Below are positions 16,473 to 26,454 of a DNA stretch of 64,000 nt, one piece after another. A program made the position numbers and the translations under genes. How positions within the stretch are numbered: position 1 is the first letter of the stretch; every line of letters starts with the position of its first letter. The stretch lies in the IMG/VR virus record IMGVR_UViG_3300027751_000011, one strand, 5' to 3'. The notes under the pieces were generated by a model. The model searched no databases and had not been told where the DNA came from. It worked only from the letters and a program-made list of their open reading frames with translations. Source of the DNA: an uncultured virus (IMG/VR IMGVR_UViG_3300027751_000011). Taxonomy: Duplodnaviria; Heunggongvirae; Uroviricota; Caudoviricetes.

Positions 16473-17414
16473 TTATTTACCGCCTTTGCGGATTGCTTGT
16501 AGATATGATTCCATCATTGATGAAGTTACAACAGAGTCATCAGCTGATTCTGATTCAGTATCTTCTTCGATAATAGAGGTTGCAGTTTTTTCTTGCTTGA
16601 AATATGACTCTTTCAAAGTTGCAACTTTCGCTGCGAAATCTTCTTCTGATTCAAAAGCAATTGATTCTGCTAGGTTAGAAAGCTTTTCTACTTGAGTTTC
16701 TGCAAGGCCACGTGACGCTTCACGAATAATCGAATCGCGCTTGTAAACTTCCAGTTCTTCTTGTAGGCTAATGCTTTTAGCTACTGCAGTGTTGAACTCT
16801 TCTTCAAGTTCTTCATGCGCAGTCGCCAGTTCATCTACTAGGTCAACTTTAGACTCTGGTACATCAATGTAAGATTCGGTGAATACTTCTTTCAGTTTAT
16901 TCATGAATCCTTCTGCGATCTCAGTACGTAAACCGGACTGTACCGCTACTTTGTTGTCATCCATCCATTGCTCAACCACATAGTCGAGGTAGCTGTCAAC
17001 TTTTTCTACGAGATCTGTTTTAACAGAAGCTACTTCCTCATCAAGCTGAGTAGCATATGCTTCTTCTAAACGGTTGATCTCTTCAACAAGTTTTGACTTT
17101 ACCGCTGCTTCAAAAATTACTGCTGTTTTGGCTTTGAACTCTTCTGAAAGAGTTGCCTCAGATTCTACTAGAGCATCTAAGTCTTCACTAAAATCTCCAT
17201 CAAATTTAATTGACTCGGCTTTAGTAGTTCCACCAGACATTTTTTGCATTGGTTCGCTTGTTCCTTTATCTCCCTTGCGCTTCTTAGCTTTAGGGCCTTT
17301 TTCTTCGGCAGCATCTACAGATGCAACTGAATCGGCTTCAGCATTCTTTGGATCGTGAGCTTCTTCGATATCCTCGTCGAGCTCTACATCCTGGTCTTCT
17401 ATTTGATCAGTCAT
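16473..17414 (-). CDS. gp22: Prohead core scaffold protein
   Basis: LSEEFK.K...IFEAAV, VD.YL.YVVE.W; acidic coiled coil; synteny. Confidence 0.94.
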   Translation of the reverse strand: MTDQIEDQDVELDEDIEEAHDPKNAEADSVASVDAAEEKGPKAKKRKGDKGTSEPMQKMSGGTTKAESIKFDGDFSEDLDALVESEATLSEEFKAKTAVIFEAAVKSKLVEEINRLEEAYATQLDEEVASVKTDLVEKVDSYLDYVVEQWMDDNKVAVQSGLRTEIAEGFMNKLKEVFTESYIDVPESKVDLVDELATAHEELEEEFNTAVAKSISLQEELEVYKRDSIIREASRGLAETQVEKLSNLAESIAFESEEDFAAKVATLKESYFKQEKTATSIIEEDTESESADDSVVTSSMMESYLQAIRKGGK

Positions 17415-17428
17415 GTTTGACTCCTTTA

Positions 17429-18085
17429 TTAAGATTGTTTCAATAACGAGAGGAAATTTTTAAACTCACGTACCTGTGTCTCATACAAATCTGTACGAGA
17501 AGCACGCTTAATTTCAGTCTCTATTTTTTCAATTTCTCGAGCTTCAATGATTCCATTATTCCAGATCCAATCAACACCTTCCATTATTCCATTAACAAAA
17601 GCATTTGGTGCTGATGGGTCTTGTACGATATCAACCGTATTAAGCATAAAGTCATCTTTGACGTACATAGTACCGTTACGTTGCTCAAGGCTACCCATAC
17701 CACGAGTTGAGACACCTAGTTGAACACCACCTTCAAGCAAACCTTTTACGATATTACCCATTGGAGTATCCAATATACGCGCCTTCCCCATAACATCATT
17801 TCCCTTAAAATTAAGTTCTGTGATTTTATGAGATACTTTATCCAAGTTAACAGTAGGTCCTTCAGGGTGATTTAATTCACCAACCGCTCTGTCCTTGGAA
17901 ACTTGTTCAGAAACATATTTATTGACAGCAGCTTCCATTACTGCTTTGGGATAAATACGTCCGTTTCTATTCTTTGATTCAGCCTGCATGAAAACACCTT
18001 CAATCACATGTGACTTTGAACCGTCTTCTTTCTTTTCGACGACGCATTGTACATCGGTCTCAGTGTATTCTGTAATTAGCTTCAT
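17429..18085 (-). CDS. gp21: Prohead protease
   Basis: NRNGRIYP, GELNHP, VSH.I, LGVSTRGMGS, D.V.DPSAP.AFV.GI.E. Confidence 0.97.
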   Translation of the reverse strand: MKLITEYTETDVQCVVEKKEDGSKSHVIEGVFMQAESKNRNGRIYPKAVMEAAVNKYVSEQVSKDRAVGELNHPEGPTVNLDKVSHKITELNFKGNDVMGKARILDTPMGNIVKGLLEGGVQLGVSTRGMGSLEQRNGTMYVKDDFMLNTVDIVQDPSAPNAFVNGIMEGVDWIWNNGIIEAREIEKIETEIKRASRTDLYETQVREFKNFLSLLKQS

Positions 18086-18088
18086 CTT

Positions 18089-18304
18089 TTAACCTTTAGC
18101 CTGTTTAATAAATTCTTTACCCATTTTTTCAGCCTCTCCTTGAGAGCGATAAGAATCTAACTTTTCGTTATCTATATAGGTAGTAAACATACCTTTTTCT
18201 TTATGTATCATTAAAACAGCGCCATTTATCTTTTTGTCGTAAACATGCTTACCAGGAGGCATCCCAGTTGCTTTTTTTTCTCTTAACTGTTTAAATGTTT
18301 TCAT
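18089..18304 (-). CDS. Small head-region protein (gp68 position)
   Basis: MKTFKQLRE start; synteny only. Confidence 0.7.
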   Translation of the reverse strand: MKTFKQLREKKATGMPPGKHVYDKKINGAVLMIHKEKGMFTTYIDNEKLDSYRSQGEAEKMGKEFIKQAKG

Positions 18305-18324
18305 ATTTATTCTTCTTTAACTGT

Positions 18325-18332
18325 TATTTATA
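18325..18332 (-). promoter_or_regulatory. Late promoter TATAAATA
   Basis: Exact consensus in an intergenic gap. Confidence 0.8.
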
Positions 18333-18356
18333 CTTTTTAAAAATTCAATAATTTAG

Positions 18357-18620
18357 TTAAACTGGAACACCTTCGACATCGTCCATATCTAATTCGTCGA
18401 TAGCAGCTTCAATATCTTCATCATCAGGATCCTCTTCTCCGTCATCAATATATTCAGCATCTTCTTCGCTTTCATCTTCATCGTAGACAGCTCTTGCAAC
18501 AGCTACTTTCTCTTGCTCTAAAGAATCTTGGATTTTATTATTCATAATATCCGCAAATGTAACACCAGCTTTTGCAAAATCTTGGTCACTTACATTGTTA
18601 ATTAAATCTTCAATTTCCAT
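18357..18620 (-). CDS. Acidic prohead core protein (gp67-like)
   Basis: Highly acidic small ORF directly after the portal gene. Confidence 0.7.
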   Translation of the reverse strand: MEIEDLINNVSDQDFAKAGVTFADIMNNKIQDSLEQEKVAVARAVYDEDESEEDAEYIDDGEEDPDDEDIEAAIDELDMDDVEGVPV

Positions 18621-20133
18621 CTTCTTCTCCATTATTATCTTGAGGCCCATCAGGCTCTTCAGTTGGTTCCATATCTTTTATTTGATCAGTCATATTTTGT
18701 ATATCATCATCATCGAACTGTAAAACGTTTTTCATCACCCATTCTTTTGAGAAGTACTCTCCTACATACTGCTGCATGTTATCTAAAGTTTGCAGTCTAT
18801 TTTGTAGCAGTTCTGCATCCTTTAGCTCAGAGAAATGATTGTCTCTCTTATAGTCTACAACAATATCGTTTTTCCAGCTATCCCAATCTTCATCTACAAT
18901 AATACCTTTCATAACTAGCTGCTTTTTAAGAATATCAGTAAACAAAGTAGAAAATCTATTGCGAAGTCTATCTATAAACTTTTGAAACTTTATTTCGTCT
19001 CTGTTTATTTCAGTAGATCTTCCAAGAGAAAACTGCGATTCTTGCTCTAGTCTATTAATAGGTACGTTTAACGATCTATATAATCTTTTTTGGAAGTAGA
19101 CAATATCGTCTATTTGTCCAAGATTTTCACCGCCTGGAAGTGTAGAGATTTCTGTTCCACGGCCACCTTCTCGACGAGGGAGCCAAAAATCTTCAAGCAT
19201 CGACATATGTTTGCGATCATCTCTAATTGCTCCTGTATTAGCATCATATACAAGCTTGTTACGATAGCGAGCCATGATATCTTTCATATATGTTTCAGCT
19301 TTACCTCTTGGCAAGTTACCAACATCAATGTAAAAAATTCTACGCTCTGGCGCTCTAGCTAGTCTGTATATGACTAACGAGTCTTCCATCATGCGCAACT
19401 GGTTAATTGGCTTTAGTGCTTTATGTAGGTGTGATACTACTCTTTTGCGATCAACATCTAATAAACCGGAAGTAACATAGCTTACGGAATCATTAGATAG
19501 TTTAACACCCTGGTTTGTTCCGCCTGGCTTTTCTTGATATATGTAGAATTCGTTTACGTTTTCAACAACAGAAGCTCCGCTAACAGGATCTTTTTTCTTT
19601 TTTATTTCTTTTACTTTACGAATTTTAGTAGCATCAATATTACGGATTTCTTGAATTCCGCTCTTTAAATTCTTTTCATCAACTACTAAATGATGGTAAA
19701 CTCTACCGTCTATATACCATCTTCTAAAAATGTCATGACCTAGATTGGTAAAATCCAGCATAGAGCATATGTTTTCAAATTCTTCTTGAATCTGTTTTTT
19801 TACACTATCGCTTGTTTTAACTTTATCTAATACAAGACCTACTGGAGATTCATTTTCGTTTGATGTAATCGATTCGTTAATAATATCTTCGATCGCAGCA
19901 TCTACCTCTGGGTGTATCGATACTGCTCGGTATTGTCTTACACTTTGTAAATTATCTTTTACAAAATTATCATCACCAATGTTTACGTAAGTGCCATAAT
20001 GTGCACCTGCAGCCGTGACATAGCCTGCACCGTCTTGATCTGTCGGCGGTACAATAGATTGCAGCTTTTCACCTGCCTTATCCTGCTTCCGCTTAATTTC
20101 AAAACCAAATAATGTTATACCTGTATCAGCCAT
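18610..20133 (-). CDS. gp20: Portal protein
   Basis: FRRWYIDGR, LHKA.KP.NQLRMMED.LVIYRL.RAPERRIFYIDVGNLP, EDFWLPRREGGRGTEI.TLPGG. Confidence 0.98.
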   Translation of the reverse strand: MADTGITLFGFEIKRKQDKAGEKLQSIVPPTDQDGAGYVTAAGAHYGTYVNIGDDNFVKDNLQSVRQYRAVSIHPEVDAAIEDIINESITSNENESPVGLVLDKVKTSDSVKKQIQEEFENICSMLDFTNLGHDIFRRWYIDGRVYHHLVVDEKNLKSGIQEIRNIDATKIRKVKEIKKKKDPVSGASVVENVNEFYIYQEKPGGTNQGVKLSNDSVSYVTSGLLDVDRKRVVSHLHKALKPINQLRMMEDSLVIYRLARAPERRIFYIDVGNLPRGKAETYMKDIMARYRNKLVYDANTGAIRDDRKHMSMLEDFWLPRREGGRGTEISTLPGGENLGQIDDIVYFQKRLYRSLNVPINRLEQESQFSLGRSTEINRDEIKFQKFIDRLRNRFSTLFTDILKKQLVMKGIIVDEDWDSWKNDIVVDYKRDNHFSELKDAELLQNRLQTLDNMQQYVGEYFSKEWVMKNVLQFDDDDIQNMTDQIKDMEPTEEPDGPQDNNGEEDGN

Positions 20134-20156
20134 ATTACTTTCCAATATTAAATTTA

Positions 20157-20187
20157 GGAGGGCATCTCTGCCCTCCCACTATTTATA
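20157..20187 (-). promoter_or_regulatory. Late promoter TATAAATA (20180-20187) followed by a GC hairpin GGAGGGCA-GAGA-UGCCCUCC
   Basis: Read directly between gp19 and gp20; the hairpin could be a gp19 terminator or a 5' stabiliser. Confidence 0.65.
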
Positions 20188-20192
20188 TCTAC

Positions 20193-20720
20193 TTAAGAAG
20201 TAGTATTTGATTCCCAGTACTGTACCTGGAACTCCACTGTAAATCTTTCGATTTCATTTTCAGAAGCATAGCTTAAATCAATTGCTGAAATAGCAGTTGG
20301 AAAACAGCTTCTAAAGTTATAAGTCTTTAGAACCAAACCTTCTCTATCGAGTTGATCCACTACTAGATCAGCTTCGTAGTCGACTGGGTTCGTAAGACCA
20401 GTGTTATTGGAATGAGCATTAATCCCATTCATCCAACGTTCCATCGCATCTCTGACATTAAAGTCAACGTCATTGATAATAGTAGCATTCCATGTATCAA
20501 ATACACGGTCGCCAGCCATTTTCAAACGTCTGCCACGGAATGGCATTTCGATAACACTTACTGTTGATGCAGGCAACTGTGCTGCCTCGCATAAAAATGA
20601 TGTTAATTCCACATCGCCATTTGCATAGCCTGGGAAATTGATAGTAGCTTTAAAGAGATTTGGACGTGCGCCGCCACCTCTTAATTTTGCCTTAAAATCA
20701 TCAACGCCTAATATTGCCAT
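20193..20720 (-). CDS. gp19: Tail tube protein
   Basis: GGARPNLF, FLC.AA.LP.S, FRGR..K.AGDR.F..W, FP...S.IDL. Confidence 0.96.
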   Translation of the reverse strand: MAILGVDDFKAKLRGGGARPNLFKATINFPGYANGDVELTSFLCEAAQLPASTVSVIEMPFRGRRLKMAGDRVFDTWNATIINDVDFNVRDAMERWMNGINAHSNNTGLTNPVDYEADLVVDQLDREGLVLKTYNFRSCFPTAISAIDLSYASENEIERFTVEFQVQYWESNTTS

Positions 20721-20732
20721 TTTTTATCTCCT

Positions 20733-22382
20733 TTATACCGAAAGTCCGGCGACTTCTTCGAAGTCAACACCAGATCTTACAGCTACAAAGTTAAGAGTAA
20801 TGTAGTTGATTGACCGAGCTGGCTTAATGAAGATATTCGCAATAAATTCATTTCTATCTATAATAGCTGCTGTGTTATTAGTTTCATCGCATACTACTCT
20901 AAAATCTGTAATGCCTCTCCGGCCTTTGATTTCTCTCAGGAACGGTTCAACTATATTAACAAATTCTGCTCTTGTAAACTCATCATTCAATTCGAACAAT
21001 GTGTTTCTTGCTGCCAACGCTATCGCTCTTTCTACAACATTAAACAATCTTCTTACATTGATTCTATCAAATGCTGAAGGTCTGTTCATGTGAGTTTTAT
21101 CGCCGTAAAGCAAAATACCTTGACCAGGTAGATTAGCAATGGGATTAACTCCAGCTTTATAAAGAGTATCTCTTTGGCTTTTCGTTGGAGTATATGCCAA
21201 GCTTGTTACACCCAGGTATCCACCTCTTCTAGAACCTGCGGGAGAAAACCATGGAGCTGAGTTAGCATCAGAAGCTGCCATGATACCTGCAGTTGAAGAT
21301 GCGGCTGGAATCCAAGAATATACGTCATTATACTTATCGTATACTTTCAACCAGTTATTATCCATAAACTGATAAGATGTATATGCAAAATTGTTTGCCT
21401 CACCATTTGTTTTAGATACTGGATCGGATTGACCTATAACGCTATTATATGCAGGAGAATTAACTACAACACAATCTTTACGGGTCGAGCTTGCGGTAGT
21501 AATAAGACTATCTACAATAGTTTTGTTATCAGCGCTGTCAGTCGAGCCTGGCGCAACTAAAAAATCTACCTGAACTGTATCTTTATCACTAAAGAGGTCA
21601 TATCCAGTTATGTAATTTGCCGCGGTTGGACTACTGTCTCCGTCTGAACCTTTCGAAAGAGTTGCAGAATCAGTTTGTCCGATATTAGAGCTATCCACCC
21701 AAACCCAATTTGATGCTCTGTTAATAACGGTAGCTATACTCTTCGATGATCCATCTGCACTAACAGCACTATCTGAAGTAGAAAGATATTCGTATTTTTC
21801 TAAAACAGTACCAGTAGTTCCAGTAATAGTTCCGTCAGCATCCATCACAAGAATATGTCTTTCGTTTCCTGCGGGTGCATCATCAAAATTCGATTTATAA
21901 GCAGCAGGCCAGGTGCCCCAAGCGCCCGAATCTGCATATGCTATTTTAATAGAATTTCCAAGACCTCCAGGATATCTAGCTACAAACTTACGATTAATAT
22001 TAGTAGTGTCTATATTATCGTTGTCAAAGTTTTGTATGATACCAGACGCTGCTAATGAATCTTCTGACAGCAACTCATCGGCTGCAGTCAGCCAAGTTGC
22101 ATTTTTTCTACCCGTTTCTCCTACTCTTACCACTTGTAAAGCATTTGAATACTTTAAAAAGTAAGATGCAGTTAAAAAGTCTCGGGATTTAGTTGTTGTG
22201 GGAGCAGTAAAAGTTGATACCAAACCAGCCTCATTTGACGTGAGAGTTGGATCATTTACTGGTCCCCAATTAAAGTCGCCTACAAATGCCGCAGTTGTAG
22301 ATTGTACATTGGGCACTCCGCCCGTAAGATCTACTTCTTTGACAATAATTGCTGGTGACTCTGATGGTACGCCAATTGCCAT
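20733..22382 (-). CDS. gp18: Tail sheath protein
   Basis: SP.I.VKEVDLT, WGPV, PWFSPAG..RG, FDRINVRRLF, KPARSINYITLNFVA.R.GV.FEEV. Confidence 0.97.
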   Translation of the reverse strand: MAIGVPSESPAIIVKEVDLTGGVPNVQSTTAAFVGDFNWGPVNDPTLTSNEAGLVSTFTAPTTTKSRDFLTASYFLKYSNALQVVRVGETGRKNATWLTAADELLSEDSLAASGIIQNFDNDNIDTTNINRKFVARYPGGLGNSIKIAYADSGAWGTWPAAYKSNFDDAPAGNERHILVMDADGTITGTTGTVLEKYEYLSTSDSAVSADGSSKSIATVINRASNWVWVDSSNIGQTDSATLSKGSDGDSSPTAANYITGYDLFSDKDTVQVDFLVAPGSTDSADNKTIVDSLITTASSTRKDCVVVNSPAYNSVIGQSDPVSKTNGEANNFAYTSYQFMDNNWLKVYDKYNDVYSWIPAASSTAGIMAASDANSAPWFSPAGSRRGGYLGVTSLAYTPTKSQRDTLYKAGVNPIANLPGQGILLYGDKTHMNRPSAFDRINVRRLFNVVERAIALAARNTLFELNDEFTRAEFVNIVEPFLREIKGRRGITDFRVVCDETNNTAAIIDRNEFIANIFIKPARSINYITLNFVAVRSGVDFEEVAGLSV

Positions 22383-22444
22383 TTGTGTTTCCTTTTCCAG
22401 TAATCTAATTATATGTTTTCATAATACGTGATTTCAATTACTAG

Positions 22445-22452
22445 TATTTATA
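22445..22452 (-). promoter_or_regulatory. Late promoter TATAAATA
   Basis: Exact consensus upstream of gp18. Confidence 0.8.
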
Positions 22453-22463
22453 ATAAATTGATT

Positions 22464-24059
22464 TTACCACATTGTACCTACGTCTTCGTACCATGGCTTT
22501 ACATTTTCTATTATGTTGTCATCTTCTACTACATCATCTAAGCCGTCGTCTATGAATCCAAATGGAAGAACATCAGCTTCTATTTCTTGCATTCTTTGCT
22601 TAAACATCATATCTTTTAGACTTACATCTGTTATTTCCTCAAATGAATTACCTACTGCAAAATAACCGAACATCACTAGATTCATCATTAAGTCATCGTG
22701 GTTACCCTCTGAGGCTTCATAGGATTGCCCTCTAGCTACAAACGTTGACATTTCTAATATAGTCTGCGTATCTTTTATTATAAGTTTGTCTTCTTCTAGT
22801 ATATCTTTAATGCCAGAACACCCGATGCGCTTAGTTTTTCTTGTCATCTCCACGCCGATCCTGTCAGCCTTAACAAGAGAATCCATATGCAGATTTTCAT
22901 ATTCTAACTCTTGATAAAGACCATTCGTAACTAAAGTACCCTGATCGTTTGCTTCTACGATAACATATGCCTCGTTATACACGTTAGCAAATTTATAAAT
23001 AACATTAGGGAAGAGTAATGGAGAGATAGTGTTATTGCGATAAACAGCAACCTGTTCAAACGGGCGAACGCTAATATCGATCAAATTAAAAGTTGAGTAG
23101 TCCTGTCCTCTTCCCTTCGACACATCTACCGTCATAATGTACTGATGGCCTTTTTCAGGTTCTTTGTATACTAAGCAATGGCCGTTTTCTACTATACGAA
23201 TTGGCTCAGATGATCTTTGTCTTAATAAGCACTCTGGGTTAATAAGTGTATCACCTGTTCCGAAAAAGGTATTACCAAATTCTTGATCAAACTGCAACTG
23301 AGAAGTGTTTGATATAGTCTGCTTTTTCCAAGCTTCATCTCTTCCAGGTACATCCCACCAATCAACTCTGAAAGGTATATATTCATTTGTACCTTGGGTG
23401 GCACCTTCCCACAACTTATGATAGATGTTTCCTAGGCCATTAGCAGTAGATGTAATAATAACTTTAGTATTTTTACCTGATGATACAACAGGGTATGTAG
23501 ATGTATAAAATTCAGATGCTCTTTCGACAAACGCGAACTCGTCGAGATAGAGTAAGTTTACTGACATACCACGAATAGAAGATCCTGATGTAGCAGCAGC
23601 AATAATCCTACTGTTATTTGAAAATTCTATAGATCTTTTATTTAAAGCTCTACATCCAGGTTGCAGGAAGAAGGGTAGATTCTCAAGCATAAGAGTAATA
23701 CGAGACAACATCTCTCCAGCTGTAGCACCCTTATTAGCTAATATAGCTACTGTTTTTTCTGGGTGGAATACTGCAAACCATAAAAGATAAGCTACGCTTG
23801 AAATAGATTTTCCTGATTGGCGGCAAGCTAATACAATATTAAACCTATTAGAATTAAAAGTTTCAAACATTTTTTCTTGATAAGGATATAATTCAAAAGG
23901 AACTAAACCTCTATCTAGAGAAATTATTTTACAATAATGCGTAGCAAAATATCCAGGATCTTTTAAGCACCTAGAGTATTCTTTTATTTCTTCTTTGGCA
24001 AAATTGTGAGTGACACCGTCTCGCTTGACGTTCATATTGCCTAAATATGTGTCATTCAT
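22464..24059 (-). CDS. gp17: Terminase large subunit (start at 24059 or 24083)
   Basis: YLGN..VK, RQSGKS, LYLDEFAF, STANG, DVS.GRG.DYS, HDDL.M. Confidence 0.97.
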   Translation of the reverse strand: MNDTYLGNMNVKRDGVTHNFAKEEIKEYSRCLKDPGYFATHYCKIISLDRGLVPFELYPYQEKMFETFNSNRFNIVLACRQSGKSISSVAYLLWFAVFHPEKTVAILANKGATAGEMLSRITLMLENLPFFLQPGCRALNKRSIEFSNNSRIIAAATSGSSIRGMSVNLLYLDEFAFVERASEFYTSTYPVVSSGKNTKVIITSTANGLGNIYHKLWEGATQGTNEYIPFRVDWWDVPGRDEAWKKQTISNTSQLQFDQEFGNTFFGTGDTLINPECLLRQRSSEPIRIVENGHCLVYKEPEKGHQYIMTVDVSKGRGQDYSTFNLIDISVRPFEQVAVYRNNTISPLLFPNVIYKFANVYNEAYVIVEANDQGTLVTNGLYQELEYENLHMDSLVKADRIGVEMTRKTKRIGCSGIKDILEEDKLIIKDTQTILEMSTFVARGQSYEASEGNHDDLMMNLVMFGYFAVGNSFEEITDVSLKDMMFKQRMQEIEADVLPFGFIDDGLDDVVEDDNIIENVKPWYEDVGTMW

Positions 24060-24408
24060 CCTTCTTATAGTCTGTAATGTCAACTACTTTATCATCCTCA
24101 TTATCATCTAATAGCATTCGCTGCAAGTCACTGGTAGAACCAATAAACACATTGTTAGTTGTTTGGTTAGCTAATTCCTTAGCTTCATCTGTTTTATCGA
24201 AGTCTTTTTTCTTTTTATGAAGGTCCATAAGAGAACCGTTTATATCCGCTATGTTTTTCATCATATTAGACAAAACTTCAAAAGCCCGAGGATGCTCAGT
24301 CGCTCTCGCAACTTCCATCATCTCTTCCATAGACTCAGAACCTTTGGCTAGAAGATCATGGTAGATCTGTCTAGAATACTCAAAATCATTATTAACATTA
24401 TCTGTCAT
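24052..24408 (-). CDS. gp16: Terminase small subunit
   Basis: D.EYSR, A...EHPRAFEV, NNVF.GST.DLQ. Confidence 0.93.
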   Translation of the reverse strand: MTDNVNNDFEYSRQIYHDLLAKGSESMEEMMEVARATEHPRAFEVLSNMMKNIADINGSLMDLHKKKKDFDKTDEAKELANQTTNNVFIGSTSDLQRMLLDDNEDDKVVDITDYKKDE

Positions 24409-24545
24409 TATCTTTTATCCGGAAATTCCATAGCACAACCACCACAGGTGCACGATTCACAGTCGCAATCATCTACGTTGCACGCATAGCTTTCTTCGTG
24501 ACAGTCATGACCACAATTAGGACACTTAGCAATTTCTTCAGCCAT
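24408..24545 (-). CDS. Cys/His-rich 45-aa metallothionein-like protein
   Basis: Hand translation MAEEIAKCPNCGHDCHEESYACNVDDCDCESCTCGGCAMEFPDKR* (9 Cys, 2 His); AGGAG RBS; TAATG coupling to gp16. Confidence 0.7.
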   Translation of the reverse strand: MAEEIAKCPNCGHDCHEESYACNVDDCDCESCTCGGCAMEFPDKR

Positions 24546-24560
24546 CTTTTTCTCCTATGT

Positions 24561-25331
24561 TCACGGATATGTTATAACAGTATTAAATCCAAAATCACTA
24601 TCTGCCAGACCTATAACTCCGCTAGGATCCGGTGTAGTAGTTAAAGTCTCCATCAGTAGATCGCTATCGCTCAAACCAGCGTTCTGATCGAATACATTTG
24701 TAATTGATGTTCGAATAACGCCTCTATTATTGATAGGTCCATAAAAATTGATGTACATTTGGAAGGAAAGAGTGTATGTTATAATCCTTCTCTGCTCTAG
24801 CGCACCTTCATAGTCATCTGCAAAGTCTACTCCAACTAAAGATATTGGCACGTCTTCTTTTATGTCAGTGTGTTCATCGAAAGGTTTTACAGTAAGAGTA
24901 TACTGAGGATTAAAATACGGCAAAATCTGCTCAACTACTTGCAAAGCATCATCTTGCGTTTTTGCAAAAATACTTAATTGAAATCCGATGTTGTACGGAA
25001 CTGCAGATGTAAAATTATCTCTTAGAGATCCGCCAGTAGATACAGTTTGAAAATTATTATTTTTTGGTAACTGTCTTCCTGCGTCGTAATCTATCGAAGT
25101 AATTTCAAAAGCCATTCTCGGCAATTTAATAGCTACATTTGTATCATCGATTAGTGTGGGGTTTTCCCTAATACGATCTAGATATTTACGACTAGGAGCA
25201 TAAGATAGTGGAACCTTAACCTGGCTATAAGATCTTGTCGATCCTTGTCTAATAACGTATATGTTATTAAATAAAGTACCGAATATGGCCACACTTTTTC
25301 TTATTCTCTGGTGATAAAAATAACTAAACAT
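24561..25331 (-). CDS. gp15: Tail sheath stabiliser / tail terminator
   Basis: FYH..IRK.V..FGTLFN.I, VPL.YAP, LPRM.FE, Q.VEQILPYF.P. Confidence 0.95.
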   Translation of the reverse strand: MFSYFYHQRIRKSVAIFGTLFNNIYVIRQGSTRSYSQVKVPLSYAPSRKYLDRIRENPTLIDDTNVAIKLPRMAFEITSIDYDAGRQLPKNNNFQTVSTGGSLRDNFTSAVPYNIGFQLSIFAKTQDDALQVVEQILPYFNPQYTLTVKPFDEHTDIKEDVPISLVGVDFADDYEGALEQRRIITYTLSFQMYINFYGPINNRGVIRTSITNVFDQNAGLSDSDLLMETLTTTPDPSGVIGLADSDFGFNTVITYP

Positions 25332-25579
25332 TAATTAAGTGTACCTTTATAAATCTGTTGTAAATGAGTTTCAAACTGTTCTACTTTTTCATATCTATTA
25401 GGCCAAAGAATGTAATCTTTTTCTGGGTTCTTTTTAAGGTTATTCAAAAGAGGAATAACAGCGTTATATAAATCGTTCAGCCGTTCTTCAGTTGACGTTG
25501 CTTCACTCGCAACTTTTTGAACTGCTTCGAGCTCATCTTCATCTACTGCAGTAAATCCGAAATCAAAAATTTCTGTCAT
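25331..25579 (-). CDS. Hypothetical protein (FDFGFTAVDEDEL...WPNR)
   Basis: ORF track; coupled to both neighbours. Confidence 0.8.
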   Translation of the reverse strand: MTEIFDFGFTAVDEDELEAVQKVASEATSTEERLNDLYNAVIPLLNNLKKNPEKDYILWPNRYEKVEQFETHLQQIYKGTLN

Positions 25580-26451
25580 GATGGATCACCAAATGGATTA
25601 GATTCTGAGAAATCTAAGAAACCATCTCCAATTGTATCGAAGTCTGAGTTTTGTTCATTGTTAGATATATTATTTTCTTCTGTCACAGCTTCAATCAAAA
25701 CACTACCATTTATACTGTTAATACTTCTTCCACTTACGAATGTATGCAAATTACCTGGATCATTTGATCCTACACCTACAAGTGAAAGTGATCGAGTAGA
25801 TTCTTTCCAATACGATACTTCGCCATACATTACAGTTCCGTCTGCCAATGTCTGAGTTACTTCTTCTCCTACCTCAAAATTAACATCGGTATTTGCAGTT
25901 CTTACATTGTATGTATAAGAATATTCTCTTTCTATATCGTCAATTTCTTCAACACCAGTGTCCATAATTTCGCCTGAATATTCGAATAGTTCACACCTCA
26001 GTTTAAAAACCGGTAGATTGCTCAACTGATAAAACGGCGATTCGTGTTCTACAGCCATCACTTGAAACAATTTTTTAGTTAGTCCTAAATATATGAGGTC
26101 TCCTTCAAAGGGCCTTGAGCCCTCAACCTCATTATCATATCTAGCTACAAGCTGTTTCCATCTTCTTCGAGATACCACAAACGTGGCTTGATCTCTAATT
26201 TCTACACCAAATTTTGTAAAAAGATCACCTTCTCCGTCAAAGCCCTCAATGTTTTCAATGTACATTTCAATTCTATGAGATGAATTAAACTGAGAAGGTA
26301 TATCGTCGCTAAGAATCCTATCTTCTTCAAGAATATCTCTGGGTATATAATACACGTCTTGACCGTACATCCTAAGAGATTCTATTACTAGATCCTCATA
26401 AAGATTTTGTTCCGATCTTACTTTTTGACTAAAATAAAAATTAGTTGCCAT
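25576..26451 (-). CDS. gp14: Neck protein
   Basis: EQ.LYEDL.IE...YG.DVYY.PR, KFG.EIRD, RP.EGDLIY, L.CELFEYS, DFSE.NPFG. Confidence 0.95.
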   Translation of the reverse strand: MATNFYFSQKVRSEQNLYEDLVIESLRMYGQDVYYIPRDILEEDRILSDDIPSQFNSSHRIEMYIENIEGFDGEGDLFTKFGVEIRDQATFVVSRRRWKQLVARYDNEVEGSRPFEGDLIYLGLTKKLFQVMAVEHESPFYQLSNLPVFKLRCELFEYSGEIMDTGVEEIDDIEREYSYTYNVRTANTDVNFEVGEEVTQTLADGTVMYGEVSYWKESTRSLSLVGVGSNDPGNLHTFVSGRSINSINGSVLIEAVTEENNISNNEQNSDFDTIGDGFLDFSESNPFGDPS

Positions 26452-26454
26452 GAG

